NCBI GenBank assembly: GCA_963813115.1
Contig: CAWEXS010000001.1
Span: forward strand, 477,845 to 541,844
Length of the DNA stretch: 64,000 nt
From: an uncultured Solirubrobacterales bacterium
Lineage (GTDB): Bacteria > Actinomycetota > Thermoleophilia > Solirubrobacterales > Solirubrobacteraceae
Direction: 5' to 3'
Positions 49,746 to 61,980 of the stretch are shown in pieces. Made by a program: the position numbers and the translations under genes. Numbering within the stretch: the stretch's first letter is position 1; the number at the start of each line of letters is the position of its first letter. The notes under the pieces are model-generated. The model was not told the origin of the DNA. It saw nothing but the letters and a program-made list of their open reading frames with translations, and ran no database searches.

Positions 49746-49956
49746 TTTTCCGTCCATCGGCCGGTCTACCCTCAAGCTCTCGGTTCGGAAGGTCGCCCGA
49801 GCCTGGCTCTCGGGGGAGGAGGGGATAGTGCGACCGTAGTAGGAGGATTTGAGATGCAGCATCCCCTTATGCGTGTACACGAAGGTGGATTGGCGGCAGT
49901 CGATGCGGGCGAACTCGCGATGCGCGAGGCCTCCCGTGAGGTGGTGGAGGGCCTGG

Positions 49957-50409
49957 CTAGGGCTTGTCTGACGGAGGGCTTGACGAATGCTGATCGCGCG
50001 CTGCTGGTGCGGACTCAGCGGTGCTTTGCTCGGATTGGAGGGATCGCTGCTCGAGATCTCCTTGGAGGGTCACCAGGTCTGGGTCCTTCCCATCCCCGGA
50101 GAGGCGACTGAGCAGATCCTTGAGCGTGTCTTTCACGTCGTCAACGGTGCTCTCAATGCGGTCCAGCTGGTTTTTCGTGTGGGCCTCTGGAAGGAAGAAC
50201 TCACTTATGTCAAAGCCGAACTCGGCCCCGATGCGTTCTAGGGCGTCCTCATGAGGCATGTTTTCGGCGGCTTCCCATCGTTGCCACTGCCGCGTTTCCG
50301 CTCCGACGCGCTCGGCCGCCTCGTCCTGGGTGAGTGGTTTTCCGCCTCGGCCATTCTCTATTCGTGCTCGCTGGAGTCGTGCTGCCATCCGCTCCTTTGC
50401 CTTAGCCAT
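49957..50409 (-). CDS. XRE/Cro-CI-family HTH repressor-like protein
   Basis: 'RLQRARIE...LTQDEAAERVGAETRQWQRWEAAENMP...LERIGAEFG'; ATG50409 inferred as start. Confidence 0.85.
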   Translation of the reverse strand: MAKAKERMAARLQRARIENGRGGKPLTQDEAAERVGAETRQWQRWEAAENMPHEDALERIGAEFGFDISEFFLPEAHTKNQLDRIESTVDDVKDTLKDLLSRLSGDGKDPDLVTLQGDLEQRSLQSEQSTAESAPAARDQHSSSPPSDKP

Positions 50410-50644
50410 ATGCGACTTCACGCTAGGTCCCATCGTCCTAGCCCACAACGTCACCTTTTGCCGTATATTTGCCAGAAAATGACGCATAGATCGACAGACG
50501 CTTGTCTGCGTTGACAAGGATCGAGCCTGGCAAGCGCGACGCACGCTCGCCAGGCTGGCTAAATGGACTGGAAGTCGCCTGCGGAGATGCTGCCGGGCGG
50601 ACTTACAAAGCAGGATCAGTCAATCGAATGAGTCTTTGACACAC

Positions 50645-50690
50645 TCGAAAGTACTTTCGATATATTCGATGCTCGAAGACTTTCTTTCGA
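50645..50690. promoter_or_regulatory. Tandem TCGAA...TTCGA palindromes (putative operators)
   Basis: Perfect TCGAAAGTACTTTCGA (50645-50660) and imperfect TCGAAGACTTTCTTTCGA (50673-50690). Confidence 0.5.
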
Positions 50691-50713
50691 GCTTGAAGCA
50701 AAGTGCTGGACCC

Positions 50714-50766
50714 GGAACCGCGCCGCCTACTTGATCAGGGCGGGAGGCGCGGTTCCTTCTGTTTTT
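50714..50766 (+). terminator. Intrinsic terminator-like hairpin
   Basis: GGAACCGCGCC...GGCGCGGTTCC (11-bp stem) followed by TTCTGTTTTT. Confidence 0.6.
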
Positions 50767-50868
50767 AAGGTCGCCTCCAGCTTCCAGCGGAGCTTGCAGA
50801 GATCGACCGTCTCATGTTGTGGACATCGGCGACGCAGAATAGCTGGACTTCAACACGGGACTGCGACA

Positions 50869-50882
50869 CGAACATCCGTTCG
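50869..50882. promoter_or_regulatory. LexA (SOS) box of uvrA
   Basis: CGAAC-ATCC-GTTCG, 21 bp upstream of the uvrA ATG. Confidence 0.88.
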
Positions 50883-50903
50883 CTCTCCTATTATGATCGG
50901 TAC

Positions 50904-53941
<3,038 letters not shown>

Positions 53942-53945
<4 letters not shown>

Positions 53946-54559
53946 GCGATCTCGCCGGCCAGGCGCGCCTCTGGGTTCAGAAGTGGCGTTGGTATGAGCG
54001 CAACACGCTGCCCTGGAACCGGGCCGCGATCCACTGGGAGTTCATGCGCCGTGAAGCCTTTCTGCGCTGGCCCGTCCACGGGAACGTGCTCGAGGCCCTG
54101 CGCGAGGGACGTCTGGAGATCGGGGCCGGCACGCTGCTTGAGCCTGGTGTCTGGATCACCGCACCCGGTGAGGCCCGCGTACGCATCGGCGCGGGGTCAT
54201 TCCTGAACATGGGCGTGATGATCGCCTCCGAGCGCCTCGTCGAGATCGGCGAGCACTGCATGATCGCCAACGGCTGCTTCATCACCGACTCAAGCCACCG
54301 CTACGACGATCCGGTGAAGCCCGTCACATGGCAGGGCTTCACCTCCAAAGGACCCACGCGCCTCGGCGACAACGTGTGGCTCGGGACCAACGTCGCCGTG
54401 ATGAGCGGCGTCAGCATCGGCGAGCGCTGCGTGATCGGCGCCGGCAGCGTCGTGACCGGCGACATCGAGCCCTTCTCCGTCGCCGTGGGAGCCCCGGCGC
54501 GGGTCATCAGGAAGATCGAGTACCCCGGCATTCAGGAAGTCAGCAGCACCAACCCGTAG
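53942..54559 (+). CDS. Hexapeptide-repeat acyltransferase
   Basis: LbH repeats, 'LGDNVWLG', 'IGAGSVVT', 'GAPARVIR'; TTGA overlap with uvrA. Confidence 0.88.
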
Positions 54560-54783
54560 ACCACCGCGGCCACGCAGCCCGCGAGGCTCAGTACCCCCAG
54601 GCACGCGTAGGCCATCAGCGCCGGACCGTTGCCGGCCGCGCGCGTGTCCGATACGCGGGTCAGGCCCAGGATGGCCAGGGAGAACAACACCGTCACGCCC
54701 ACTCCCGCCAGCAGCGCCGCCGCCACCACGTTCGTGAGCTTGCCCACGTCCACTGCGCCCGCGATTACGAGACCGGCCTTCAC
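54532..54783 (-). CDS. Small two-TM membrane protein downstream of the PiT transporter
   Basis: 'VDVGKLTNVVAAALLAGVGVTVLFSLAILG...[17 protein letters not shown]'; GTGA overlap with pit. Confidence 0.7.
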   Translation of the reverse strand: MKAGLVIAGAVDVGKLTNVVAAALLAGVGVTVLFSLAILGLTRVSDTRAAGNGPALMAYACLGVLSLAGCVAAVVYGLVLLTS

Positions 54784-55907
54784 GAGGCCACCGGGCCCGT
54801 GCTCAGCGTGTCCAGCGAACCCGCTCCGGGGGTCCGCGCGCGCCGCGCGAAGATCGCCGCCAGCAGCGCCAGCAGTGACACCGAGATCAGCAGGGGCCCG
54901 AGCGCACCCTTGCCGAAGATCCGCGAGATCCCGTAGGCCAGTGCGCCGATGCTGGCCGCCGCCGGCAGCGTCAGCACCCAGGCGATCACGATGTTCGATG
55001 CAACGCCCCAGCGCACCGCCGAGAGGCGTTTGGCGGCGCCCGCGCCCATGATGCCGCCCGAGATCACGTGGGTGGTGGACAGCGGATAGCCAGCCGCCGA
55101 GGCCGCCAGGATCACCGCCGCGCCCGCGCCCTGGGCGGCGAAGCCCTGGGCGGAGTCCATCTTGATGATCCGCGAGCCCATCGTCCTGATGATGCGCCAG
55201 CCACCGCTGAAGGTGCCAAGCGCGATTGCGCCCGCCGCCGAGAGCACCACCCACGCTGGGACGTGAAAGCCCTTCGCCGAGAGGCTCCCGTGAGCGATCA
55301 GCGCGAGCGTCATGATCCCCATCGTCTTCTGGGCGTCGTTCGTGCCGTGCGAAAGCGACAAGAGGCTCCCCGAGGCGAGCTGGCCCAGCCGGAAGGAGCG
55401 GTTCACCGGGCCCGGTCGTAGACGCCCCACGATCCGGTAGGAGATCGTGATCGCCGCCGCCGCGGCCACGAACGCCAGGATCGGGGCCAGGATCGCCGGG
55501 ACGATCAGCTTGCCCAGCAGGCCGTCGCCGTTGATCGCGTCGGGACCGTGGGCGACGAGCATCGCGCCGACCAGCCCGCCGATCAGGGCATGAGAAGAGC
55601 TGGACGGCAGCCCGAAATACCAGGTCGCCAGGTTCCACGCGATCGCCCCGATCAGCCCCGCGAACACGATCGTCGTGTCGATCTGGGCGGTTTCCACGAA
55701 GCCCTTGCCGACCGTCGCCGCGACCTTCAAAGAGATCAGGGCCCCCACGAAGTTCAACAGCGACGCCACCGCGACCGCCACCCTGGGCGCCACCGCGCGT
55801 GTGGAGATCGCGGTCGCCACCACGTTCGCCGTGTCGTGAAAGCCGTTGGTGAAGTCGAACGCGATCGCCGTCGCGATCACGATTACCAGGATCAGGTCAG
55901 CCTGCAT
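54780..55907 (-). CDS. pit: PiT-family inorganic phosphate transporter
   Basis: 'FTNGFHDTAN', 'PSSSSHAL', 'HGTNDAQK', 'PLSTTH'. Confidence 0.93.
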   Translation of the reverse strand: MQADLILVIVIATAIAFDFTNGFHDTANVVATAISTRAVAPRVAVAVASLLNFVGALISLKVAATVGKGFVETAQIDTTIVFAGLIGAIAWNLATWYFGLPSSSSHALIGGLVGAMLVAHGPDAINGDGLLGKLIVPAILAPILAFVAAAAAITISYRIVGRLRPGPVNRSFRLGQLASGSLLSLSHGTNDAQKTMGIMTLALIAHGSLSAKGFHVPAWVVLSAAGAIALGTFSGGWRIIRTMGSRIIKMDSAQGFAAQGAGAAVILAASAAGYPLSTTHVISGGIMGAGAAKRLSAVRWGVASNIVIAWVLTLPAAASIGALAYGISRIFGKGALGPLLISVSLLALLAAIFARRARTPGAGSLDTLSTGPVAS

Positions 55908-55941
55908 CGGCGGCCGTGCGGCAAGCGCTCAGATCAACCAT

Positions 55942-56568
55942 CTAGGCGTTCTTGATGACGATGCCCTCGAGGATGTACGCCGCCTTCTCGGTGGCGTCGA
56001 TCGCGTTCTCCAGGCGCTCGAAGATGTCCTTCCAGCGGATCACCACCATCGGGTCGGTCCCACCCTCGAAGAGCGCGCCCACCGCCTCGCGCACCACGCG
56101 GTCGCCTTCGTTCTCCAGCCGGTGGGTCTCCACCGTCTGGGCGCTGATGTCGCGGAAGTCGCGCATCAGCGGGATCGCCTGGGCGATCTGCCGCGTCGCG
56201 GCCGCCAAGATCTGGGCCATCCGCTGGGCCTGCTCCATCGGCGCCTCGATCTTGTAGACCCCCAGATAGTCGGCGACCTCCTCAATGAAGTCCACGATGT
56301 CGTCCAGCGCCGAGGTCAGCTCAAGGATGTCCTCGCGGTCGATCGGCGTCACGAAAGTCTGGTTCAGGCGGCCGATCACGCTGTGGACGATCCGGTCGCC
56401 CTCCTGCTCGCAGTCGCCGATCTCTCCCGCCAGCTCCTTGGAGTCGGGATAGTTCGCCAGCAGTCGCTCCAGCAGCTCGGCCGCACGAACATTGTTCTGC
56501 CCGGAAAGCTCGAAGAGATCGAACAGCTCCTGATCTGTTCCCCTCAGGATCCTGGCGAGACCGGCCAC
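55942..56568 (-). CDS. DUF47 phosphate-transport regulator
   Basis: 'EQEGDRI', 'TFVTPIDREDI', 'LENEGD', 'WKDIFERLE'; upstream of pit. Confidence 0.92.
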   Translation of the reverse strand: MAGLARILRGTDQELFDLFELSGQNNVRAAELLERLLANYPDSKELAGEIGDCEQEGDRIVHSVIGRLNQTFVTPIDREDILELTSALDDIVDFIEEVADYLGVYKIEAPMEQAQRMAQILAAATRQIAQAIPLMRDFRDISAQTVETHRLENEGDRVVREAVGALFEGGTDPMVVIRWKDIFERLENAIDATEKAAYILEGIVIKNA

Positions 56569-56640
56569 ATGTGAAGGATATGTGAACGGCGCCCAGCGGG
56601 GGCGCTGCCCCCCGATGTCGCTCAGGGGCCGCGGAGTCGC

Positions 56641-57528
56641 TCAAGCCTGGGGCATCCGCAGCTCCGCCAGCTCCGCGGGGTCGATCGAGTAGGTGTGCTC
56701 AGGCCCCGGATAGCGGTGTGAGCGCACATCCTGCGCGTAGGCTGCCACGCCCGCGTTCATCTCCTCCTGGAGGTTGGCGTAGCGCTTGACGAAGCGTGGG
56801 CCCAGGCCGTCGCGGATGCCCAGCAGATCGTGGAACACCAGCACCTGACCATCGGTCGCCGGGCCCGCGCCGATCCCGATCACGGGGATCTCCATGGCGC
56901 CCATCAGCTCCTCGGTGACCGCGCTCGGGATCGCCTCGAAGACAATCGCGAAACAGCCCACCGCCTGTAGGGCGAGCGCCTCGGAGGCGATGCGCCGCGC
57001 CGCCGCTGCCGTACGACCCTGGGCCTTCCAACCCCCGAGCGCCGTCGAGGTCTGCGGTGTCAGGCCCACGTGTCCCATCACCGGGATGCCGGCGCCCACG
57101 ATCGCGCGCGCCCGGCTCGCCGAAGCCTCGCCGCCACCCTCCAGCTTGACCGCATCGCAGCCGGCCTCCTTGACCAGGCGCAGGGCGCTTGCGACCGCCT
57201 GCTGATCTGAGATCTCATAGGAGCCGAAGGGCAGGTCGCCGATCAACAAAGGGGTTCGCAGTCCACGCCGGGCGGCCCGCGCGAGCACCAGCATGTCGTC
57301 CAGCTCCACCGGCGTGGTCGAGTTGTAGCCCAGGATCGTTGTGGCGGCAGAGTCGCCCACCAGCACCAGGTCGACACCGGCCGCCTCGGCCGCGCGCGCA
57401 CTCGGGTAGTCATACGCCGTCACCATCACCAGCGGCTCGCCCAGGCGCTTCTTCTCGGCCAGCAGCGGCAGGGTCATGGGCAGGCGCCCCGGGTCTGACG
57501 GGATCTTCACATCTGGATGGCTGGACAT
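56641..57528 (-). CDS. panB: 3-methyl-2-oxobutanoate hydroxymethyltransferase
   Basis: 'TAYDYPSA', 'LVGDS', 'AVKLEGG', 'GHVGLTPQ'. Confidence 0.95.
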   Translation of the reverse strand: MSSHPDVKIPSDPGRLPMTLPLLAEKKRLGEPLVMVTAYDYPSARAAEAAGVDLVLVGDSAATTILGYNSTTPVELDDMLVLARAARRGLRTPLLIGDLPFGSYEISDQQAVASALRLVKEAGCDAVKLEGGGEASASRARAIVGAGIPVMGHVGLTPQTSTALGGWKAQGRTAAAARRIASEALALQAVGCFAIVFEAIPSAVTEELMGAMEIPVIGIGAGPATDGQVLVFHDLLGIRDGLGPRFVKRYANLQEEMNAGVAAYAQDVRSHRYPGPEHTYSIDPAELAELRMPQA

Positions 57529-57566
57529 GGCTGGTGATTCCTCTCTGACGGGGGAGTTGGCGCTCG

Positions 57567-57950
57567 CTAAGACAGCAGGGTCGCCACTGCGTCGTCGACG
57601 GTGATGATTCGGTTGGACTGTGCCTCCACGTGGACCACGCGGGGCTCGTAGTGCTCCATCTCCACCCGGTCGTACTGGCCGTAGGAGATGACGATCACGG
57701 TGTCGCCGCGGTGCACCAGGCGCGCCGCCGCACCGTTGACCTTGATCTCGCCCGATCCCCGCTCACCGGCGATCGTGTATGTCTCAAAGCGGGCGCCGTT
57801 GTCGACGTCCACCACGTGCACCTGCTCGTGCTCCAGGATGTCCGCGGCCTCAAGCAGTTCCGGGTCGACCGTGATCGAGCCCACGTAGTGCAGGTCGCAA
57901 TCGGTGACCGTGGCCCGGTGGATCTTCGACTTCAGCATCACACGCTGCAT
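57567..57950 (-). CDS. panD: Aspartate 1-decarboxylase
   Basis: '[11 protein letters not shown]', YVG-S cleavage site, 'NGAAAR'. Confidence 0.96.
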   Translation of the reverse strand: MQRVMLKSKIHRATVTDCDLHYVGSITVDPELLEAADILEHEQVHVVDVDNGARFETYTIAGERGSGEIKVNGAAARLVHRGDTVIVISYGQYDRVEMEHYEPRVVHVEAQSNRIITVDDAVATLLS

Positions 57951-58840
57951 CTGGGGGTTGCCTTTCCTGGGTTGGGGTGGAGGGTGCTCGTCGCGATGGG
58001 GTGCAAGATCACGTTGTCGATCAGGCGCGTCGCGCCCACCTGCGCAGCCAGCGCCAGCAGGCCCGGCCGATCCAGGTGCTGGAGCGGCTGTAGCGTCTCG
58101 GCGTCGACGAGCGCCAGGTACTCGGGGGTTACGCCGAATATGCCCAGTGCGCGGCGTGCCTCCTCGAGCAGAGCCTCGGCGTCGTGCTCGCCCGTGCCCG
58201 CCAGTCCGCTCGCGGCTCGCAACGCCGCCGAGAGCGAGAGCGCTCGCGCGCGCTCCTCTGGGTCCAGACGCGCGTTGCGGCTCGACATCGCCAGGCCGTC
58301 GGGCTCGCGCACCGTCGGGCAGACCTCGATCCGGACCGGCATGTTCAGGTCGCGCACCATCCGCCGGATCACGACCACCTGCTGGGCGTCCTTCTGGCCG
58401 AGGTACATCACATCCGGCATCGCCATGTTCAGGAGCTTGGCCACCACCGTCGTGACGCCGCGAAAATGCTCCGGCCCGCGGGCCTCGCCCTCAAGCGGCG
58501 CGCTGACCCCGAAAACCTCCACAGAGGTCGCAAAGCCCGAGGGATAGACCTCATCCAGCGTTGGCGCGAACAGGAGGTCGGCGCCCGCTTCGGCTGCCAT
58601 CCCCGCATCCTGCTGCTCCTGGCGCGGATAGCGCTCCAGGTCCGAGCCCTCGTTGAACTGGGCCGGATTCACGAACAGCGAGACCACCACCTGCCCACAC
58701 TGCTCGCGCGCCCGTCGGATCAGTGAGAGGTGACCCTCGTGCAGTGCGCCCATCGTCGGGACCAGCCCGATCGAGCCGCCCGTGCGCCGCGCCGGACCGA
58801 GCGCCGCTCGCAGCTCGCCCACTGTGCGGATCGTCCTCAT
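57938..58840 (-). CDS. panC: Pantoate-beta-alanine ligase
   Basis: '[11 protein letters not shown]', 'FVNPAQF', 'GQKDAQQ', 'GLAMSSRN', 'RLIDN'. Confidence 0.95.
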   Translation of the reverse strand: MRTIRTVGELRAALGPARRTGGSIGLVPTMGALHEGHLSLIRRAREQCGQVVVSLFVNPAQFNEGSDLERYPRQEQQDAGMAAEAGADLLFAPTLDEVYPSGFATSVEVFGVSAPLEGEARGPEHFRGVTTVVAKLLNMAMPDVMYLGQKDAQQVVVIRRMVRDLNMPVRIEVCPTVREPDGLAMSSRNARLDPEERARALSLSAALRAASGLAGTGEHDAEALLEEARRALGIFGVTPEYLALVDAETLQPLQHLDRPGLLALAAQVGATRLIDNVILHPIATSTLHPNPGKATPRCSV

Positions 58841-59658
58841 GCCGCCACCGGCGCAGTCGCCAGCTCGCGCGTGGCGTCTCCCAGGACATCGAACAACTCC
58901 AGCAGCCCCGGTGCCCGCTCGGCCACCGCCTCGCGCTGGCGCTCCACCGTCGCGTCGTCCCCGCGTGCGATCGGACCCGTGAGCGCATCCGCGCCCGCCG
59001 CACCCCAGTTCTCGACCGTCGCCCGCACCAACGGCAGCAGCGCCTCGCGGCCTACTCCGGCGCTCCCCGCCAGGCGCTCCGCGCAAAGCTCCAGGGCGAT
59101 CAGATAGTTGCTGGCCATCGAGGCCGCGGCATGATACGCAGCGCGGTCGCGCTCGTCGATGCTCATGGCGACGAGGCCGAGTGTGCGGGCCAGCTCCATA
59201 GCGGTGTCCAGGGCCTGCGGGCTGAAGGCCGCGACCGCGGCGGCCGCCCCGTCCCACCGCGGCTCGCCGGTCCCCGAGAACGTCATCAGGGGGTGCAGCG
59301 AGAAGCGCGCCGCGCGGGGGAGGGGGTCCAACAGCTCAAGCGTGCCCGCGCCCGAGCAGTGACCCACGAGCGGACATCGATCTCCAGCCCGATCTTCAGC
59401 GTGATCCCCAGTCCGATCGCCGGCTGCGATCCGCGTGGAACGGAGCCGCTCGGATAGGACCCCGGCGGCCACGGGGATCTCCCGGTCCGGCACGCACAGC
59501 AGGACCAGCTCCGCGCCGCTCAGATCCCCCGCCTCGTAGTTGCGCGTCAAGGGACCGACCACGCGATGACCGGTGCCGGTCAGACGCTGCGCCAGCGCGC
59601 TGCCGAGATGGCCGGCGCCGACGATCGCGATCTGACGGGGGTGAGTGACGTGAATCAC
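58837..59658 (-). CDS. Rossmann + DUF2520 protein (PanG-like ketopantoate reductase candidate)
   Basis: 'IVGAGHLG', 'HCSG', 'SLHPLMTF', 'YHAAASMASN', 'LTGPIARGD'; first gene of the pan operon. Confidence 0.85.
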   Translation of the reverse strand: MIHVTHPRQIAIVGAGHLGSALAQRLTGTGHRVVGPLTRNYEAGDLSGAELVLLCVPDREIPVAAGVLSERLRSTRIAAGDRTGDHAEDRAGDRCPLVGHCSGAGTLELLDPLPRAARFSLHPLMTFSGTGEPRWDGAAAAVAAFSPQALDTAMELARTLGLVAMSIDERDRAAYHAAASMASNYLIALELCAERLAGSAGVGREALLPLVRATVENWGAAGADALTGPIARGDDATVERQREAVAERAPGLLELFDVLGDATRELATAPVAA

Positions 59659-59660
59659 AA

Positions 59661-59761
59661 GTTTCGGTCCAGTTCCCTTGGGGATACCGGCGCGACGGGT
59701 AATGCAAAGCAATCAATGAACGGTCCGGCCCGAAACATCTCGGTGCCAGCCAACCAAGATG
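59661..59761 (-). promoter_or_regulatory. Putative structured 5' leader RNA of the pan operon
   Basis: Hairpin CATCTTGGT/ACCGAGATG, outer stem GTTTCGG/CCGAAAC, inner CCGGT-A-TCCC-CAA-GGGA-ACTGG; ends 2 nt before the inferred GTG. Confidence 0.45.
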
Positions 59762-59845
59762 ATAACGCCGTTTGCAGTCTCCGCAAGGGCAGCGAGGGCT
59801 GTGTGCTTATTGTCACATAGGCGACTGAGCGGGGCCGAGCGAGGG

Positions 59846-59915
59846 GTGGCCGCGGCTCTCGACATCATGAAGAACCTAGACAGTCGACATCTGAGTGGCC
59901 GCGCCTCTCGACATC
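59846..59915 (+). repeat. Direct repeats in the pan/udg divergent promoter
   Basis: 21-mer GTGGCCGCG(G/C)CTCTCGACATC at 59846 and 59895; core TCGACATC at 59859, 59884, 59908. Confidence 0.8.
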
Positions 59916-59935
59916 TTGAGGAAGCCTTACCATCA

Positions 59936-60700
59936 GTGATCGTGTCCCCAGGGGAAAGCCAGGCCTCAGCGGTGGAGCGACGCGAGCGCCTCAAGGAGGT
60001 CTTCGAAACGGCGCGTGGCTGCGTTCGCTGCCCAGAGCTGGCCGCCACCCGCAAGACGGTCGTCTTCGGCGCCGGCAACGCCGACGCTGACCTCATGTTC
60101 GTGGGCGAGGCCCCCGGCGCCAGCGAGGACGAGCAGGGCGTGCCCTTCGTGGGCCGCGCCGGCAAGCTGCTGGAGAAGCTGCTCGTAGAGATCGGCATGG
60201 CCCGCGCCGACGTCTTCATCGCCAACGTCCTGAAGTGCCGTCCGCCGGGCAACCGCGACCCGCTGCCCGTCGAGATCGAGAACTGCCGCGAGTACCTGTA
60301 CCGGCAGGTAGAGCTGATCCAGCCCCGCGTGATCTGCACGCTCGGGAACTTCTCCACCAAGCTCCTGCGCGGCGACCCCACCGGCATCACGCGCCTGCAC
60401 GGTCAACCCGAGGTACTCCTGCTCGGACGGCGCGCGGTCCGCCTCTACCCGATCTATCACCCCGCGGCCGCCCTCTACACGCCGCGCATGCTGGAGACCC
60501 TGCGCGAGGACTTCGCGCGGCTGCCCGAGTTGCTCGCCCAGCCCGAGCCCGAGCAGCCCGTGGCCGGCGAGGGTGAAGAACAGGCCCCCGAGCCCGAGCC
60601 CGGCGCGCTGGCGGGGGCCGGTCTGGAGGGTCCCGGCGCAGCGGCCGGGTCCAGCGCGTCCGGCGCGGGTGCCGAGCCGGACCAGCTCGGCCTCTTCTGA
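59936..60700 (+). CDS. udg: Family-4 uracil-DNA glycosylase
   Basis: 'CVRCPEL', 'VGEAPG', 'PFVGRAG', 'NVLKCRPP', 'YHPAA'; start placed near GTG59936/59942 after a TACCAT -10-like hexamer. Confidence 0.92.
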   Translation: MIVSPGESQASAVERRERLKEVFETARGCVRCPELAATRKTVVFGAGNADADLMFVGEAPGASEDEQGVPFVGRAGKLLEKLLVEIGMARADVFIANVLKCRPPGNRDPLPVEIENCREYLYRQVELIQPRVICTLGNFSTKLLRGDPTGITRLHGQPEVLLLGRRAVRLYPIYHPAAALYTPRMLETLREDFARLPELLAQPEPEQPVAGEGEEQAPEPEPGALAGAGLEGPGAAAGSSASGAGAEPDQLGLF

Positions 60701-61195
60701 GTGGCGTCCGCGAGGGCTCGGGGCGTCGCCGCGGCTAGAGTTTCAGGAGTGTTCGTCGTCGAGACCTCGGACCCGACGGAGACCGAGGCACTGGGTGCCG
60801 AGCTGGCCGCCGAGCTGGGCGACGGCGAGGTGGTCTTGATCGCAGGCGAGCTGGGGTCGGGCAAGACCACGCTGGTTCGCGGCGCCGCGCGCGCCCTGGG
60901 CGTGGTGGACCCCGTGACCAGTCCCACCTTCAGCATCGGACACCGCTATCGGGCGGCCCACGTCACGGTCTCCCACCTCGATCTCTACCGGCTCGCCGGT
61001 CTGGAGGACGAGGATCCCGCCCTGCTCGCCGACTACATCGGTCCCGGGCGGATCGCCTTCGTGGAGTGGCCCGAGGCCGCGTCGGGCGAGCTGGCTGAGG
61101 CCCGCATCCGCGTGCGGCTCGCCCACGCCGGTGGCGATCGTCGCCGCATCGAGGTCTCCGGCGCCCGCTGCCTGGAGGGTCGACCATCGCGATGA
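60701..61195 (+). CDS. tsaE: t6A biosynthesis ATPase
   Basis: 'GELGSGKTT', 'VTSPTF', 'HLDLYRL', 'VEWPE'. Confidence 0.93.
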   Translation: MASARARGVAAARVSGVFVVETSDPTETEALGAELAAELGDGEVVLIAGELGSGKTTLVRGAARALGVVDPVTSPTFSIGHRYRAAHVTVSHLDLYRLAGLEDEDPALLADYIGPGRIAFVEWPEAASGELAEARIRVRLAHAGGDRRRIEVSGARCLEGRPSR

Positions 61196-61980
61196 TCGTG
61201 CTTGGCTTCGACACCGCCACTTCCGCCACCGCCGTGGGCTTGCGCCTCGAGGACGGGAGCACCCTGTCGGCGCGCGATGACCCGCCCGCGGGCGCGCGCC
61301 CCGGACACAGCGCCCAGCTGTTGGCGCTCGCCGCCGAGTTGCTGGAGCGCGCCGCGCTGCCCTGGAGCGCCGTCGAGCGGATCGCCGTCGGGCTAGGGCC
61401 CGGCACCTTCACCGGTCTGCGCATCGGCGCCGCCACCGCCCACGGGCTGGCACGGTCGCTCGGCATAGAGGTGGTCGGGGTCTCGACGCTGCGGGCGCTC
61501 GCCGTCGGCGCCGAGACCGATGTCGCGGCCGCGAGCACGGGGCAGGCAGGGACCTGTGTCGCCGCCGGGAGCGGGGGCGCAGCGGGGCATGACCGCGCAA
61601 CCATCCCCACGGGCGTGCTGGGCGTGATCGACGCGCGCCGCGGCGAGGCCTTCGTTGCCGCCTACGCGCACGGGCAGGAGCTGACCGTGCCCCGCGCCGT
61701 CGCGCCCGAGGATCTCCACACGGTGGTGTCCGCAGCCGAAGCGTCCGCTGAGTGTGCGCGTTCCTGGATCGCCGTCGGGGACGGGGCACTGCGCTACCGA
61801 AGCCGGCTCGAGGATCGCGGGATCGCGGTCGCGGCGGAGGATTCGCCGATGCACCTCGTGGGCGGCGAGGCGCTCTGCCGCCTGGGCCTGGAAGCGCAGC
61901 CCGTGGCCCTCGCCAAGATCGTCCCCGACTACCGGCGTCGCCCCGACGCCGAGATCGCGTTGGAGGGGGCCCGCAAGTGA
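61192..61980 (+). CDS. tsaB: t6A biosynthesis protein TsaB
   Basis: 'LGFDTAT', 'GPGTFTGLRIG', 'IDARRGE'. Confidence 0.92.
   Translation: MIVLGFDTATSATAVGLRLEDGSTLSARDDPPAGARPGHSAQLLALAAELLERAALPWSAVERIAVGLGPGTFTGLRIGAATAHGLARSLGIEVVGVSTLRALAVGAETDVAAASTGQAGTCVAAGSGGAAGHDRATIPTGVLGVIDARRGEAFVAAYAHGQELTVPRAVAPEDLHTVVSAAEASAECARSWIAVGDGALRYRSRLEDRGIAVAAEDSPMHLVGGEALCRLGLEAQPVALAKIVPDYRRRPDAEIALEGARK

Noticed and set aside
49725-50111. Plus-strand 128-aa ORF as a confident gene
   Set aside because: It overlaps the XRE gene antisense by about 155 bp and has no recognisable motif. Only the RBS at about 49841 supports a shorter version, so it is mentioned only within a finding.
49116-50903. att-site duplication of the tRNA 3' end bounding the islet
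   Set aside because: No second copy of the T-arm/acceptor sequence (TTCCCTTCAGGCGCA) was found before uvrA.
57529-57566. Riboswitch-like CAGAGAGGA segment between panD and panB
   Set aside because: Only 38 bp; it is simply the panB ribosome-binding region.
59846-59915. RecA-NDp/PafBC promoter motif in the TCGACATC repeats
   Set aside because: The reverse-strand TGTCG cores are not followed by TAnnnT at the required spacing.
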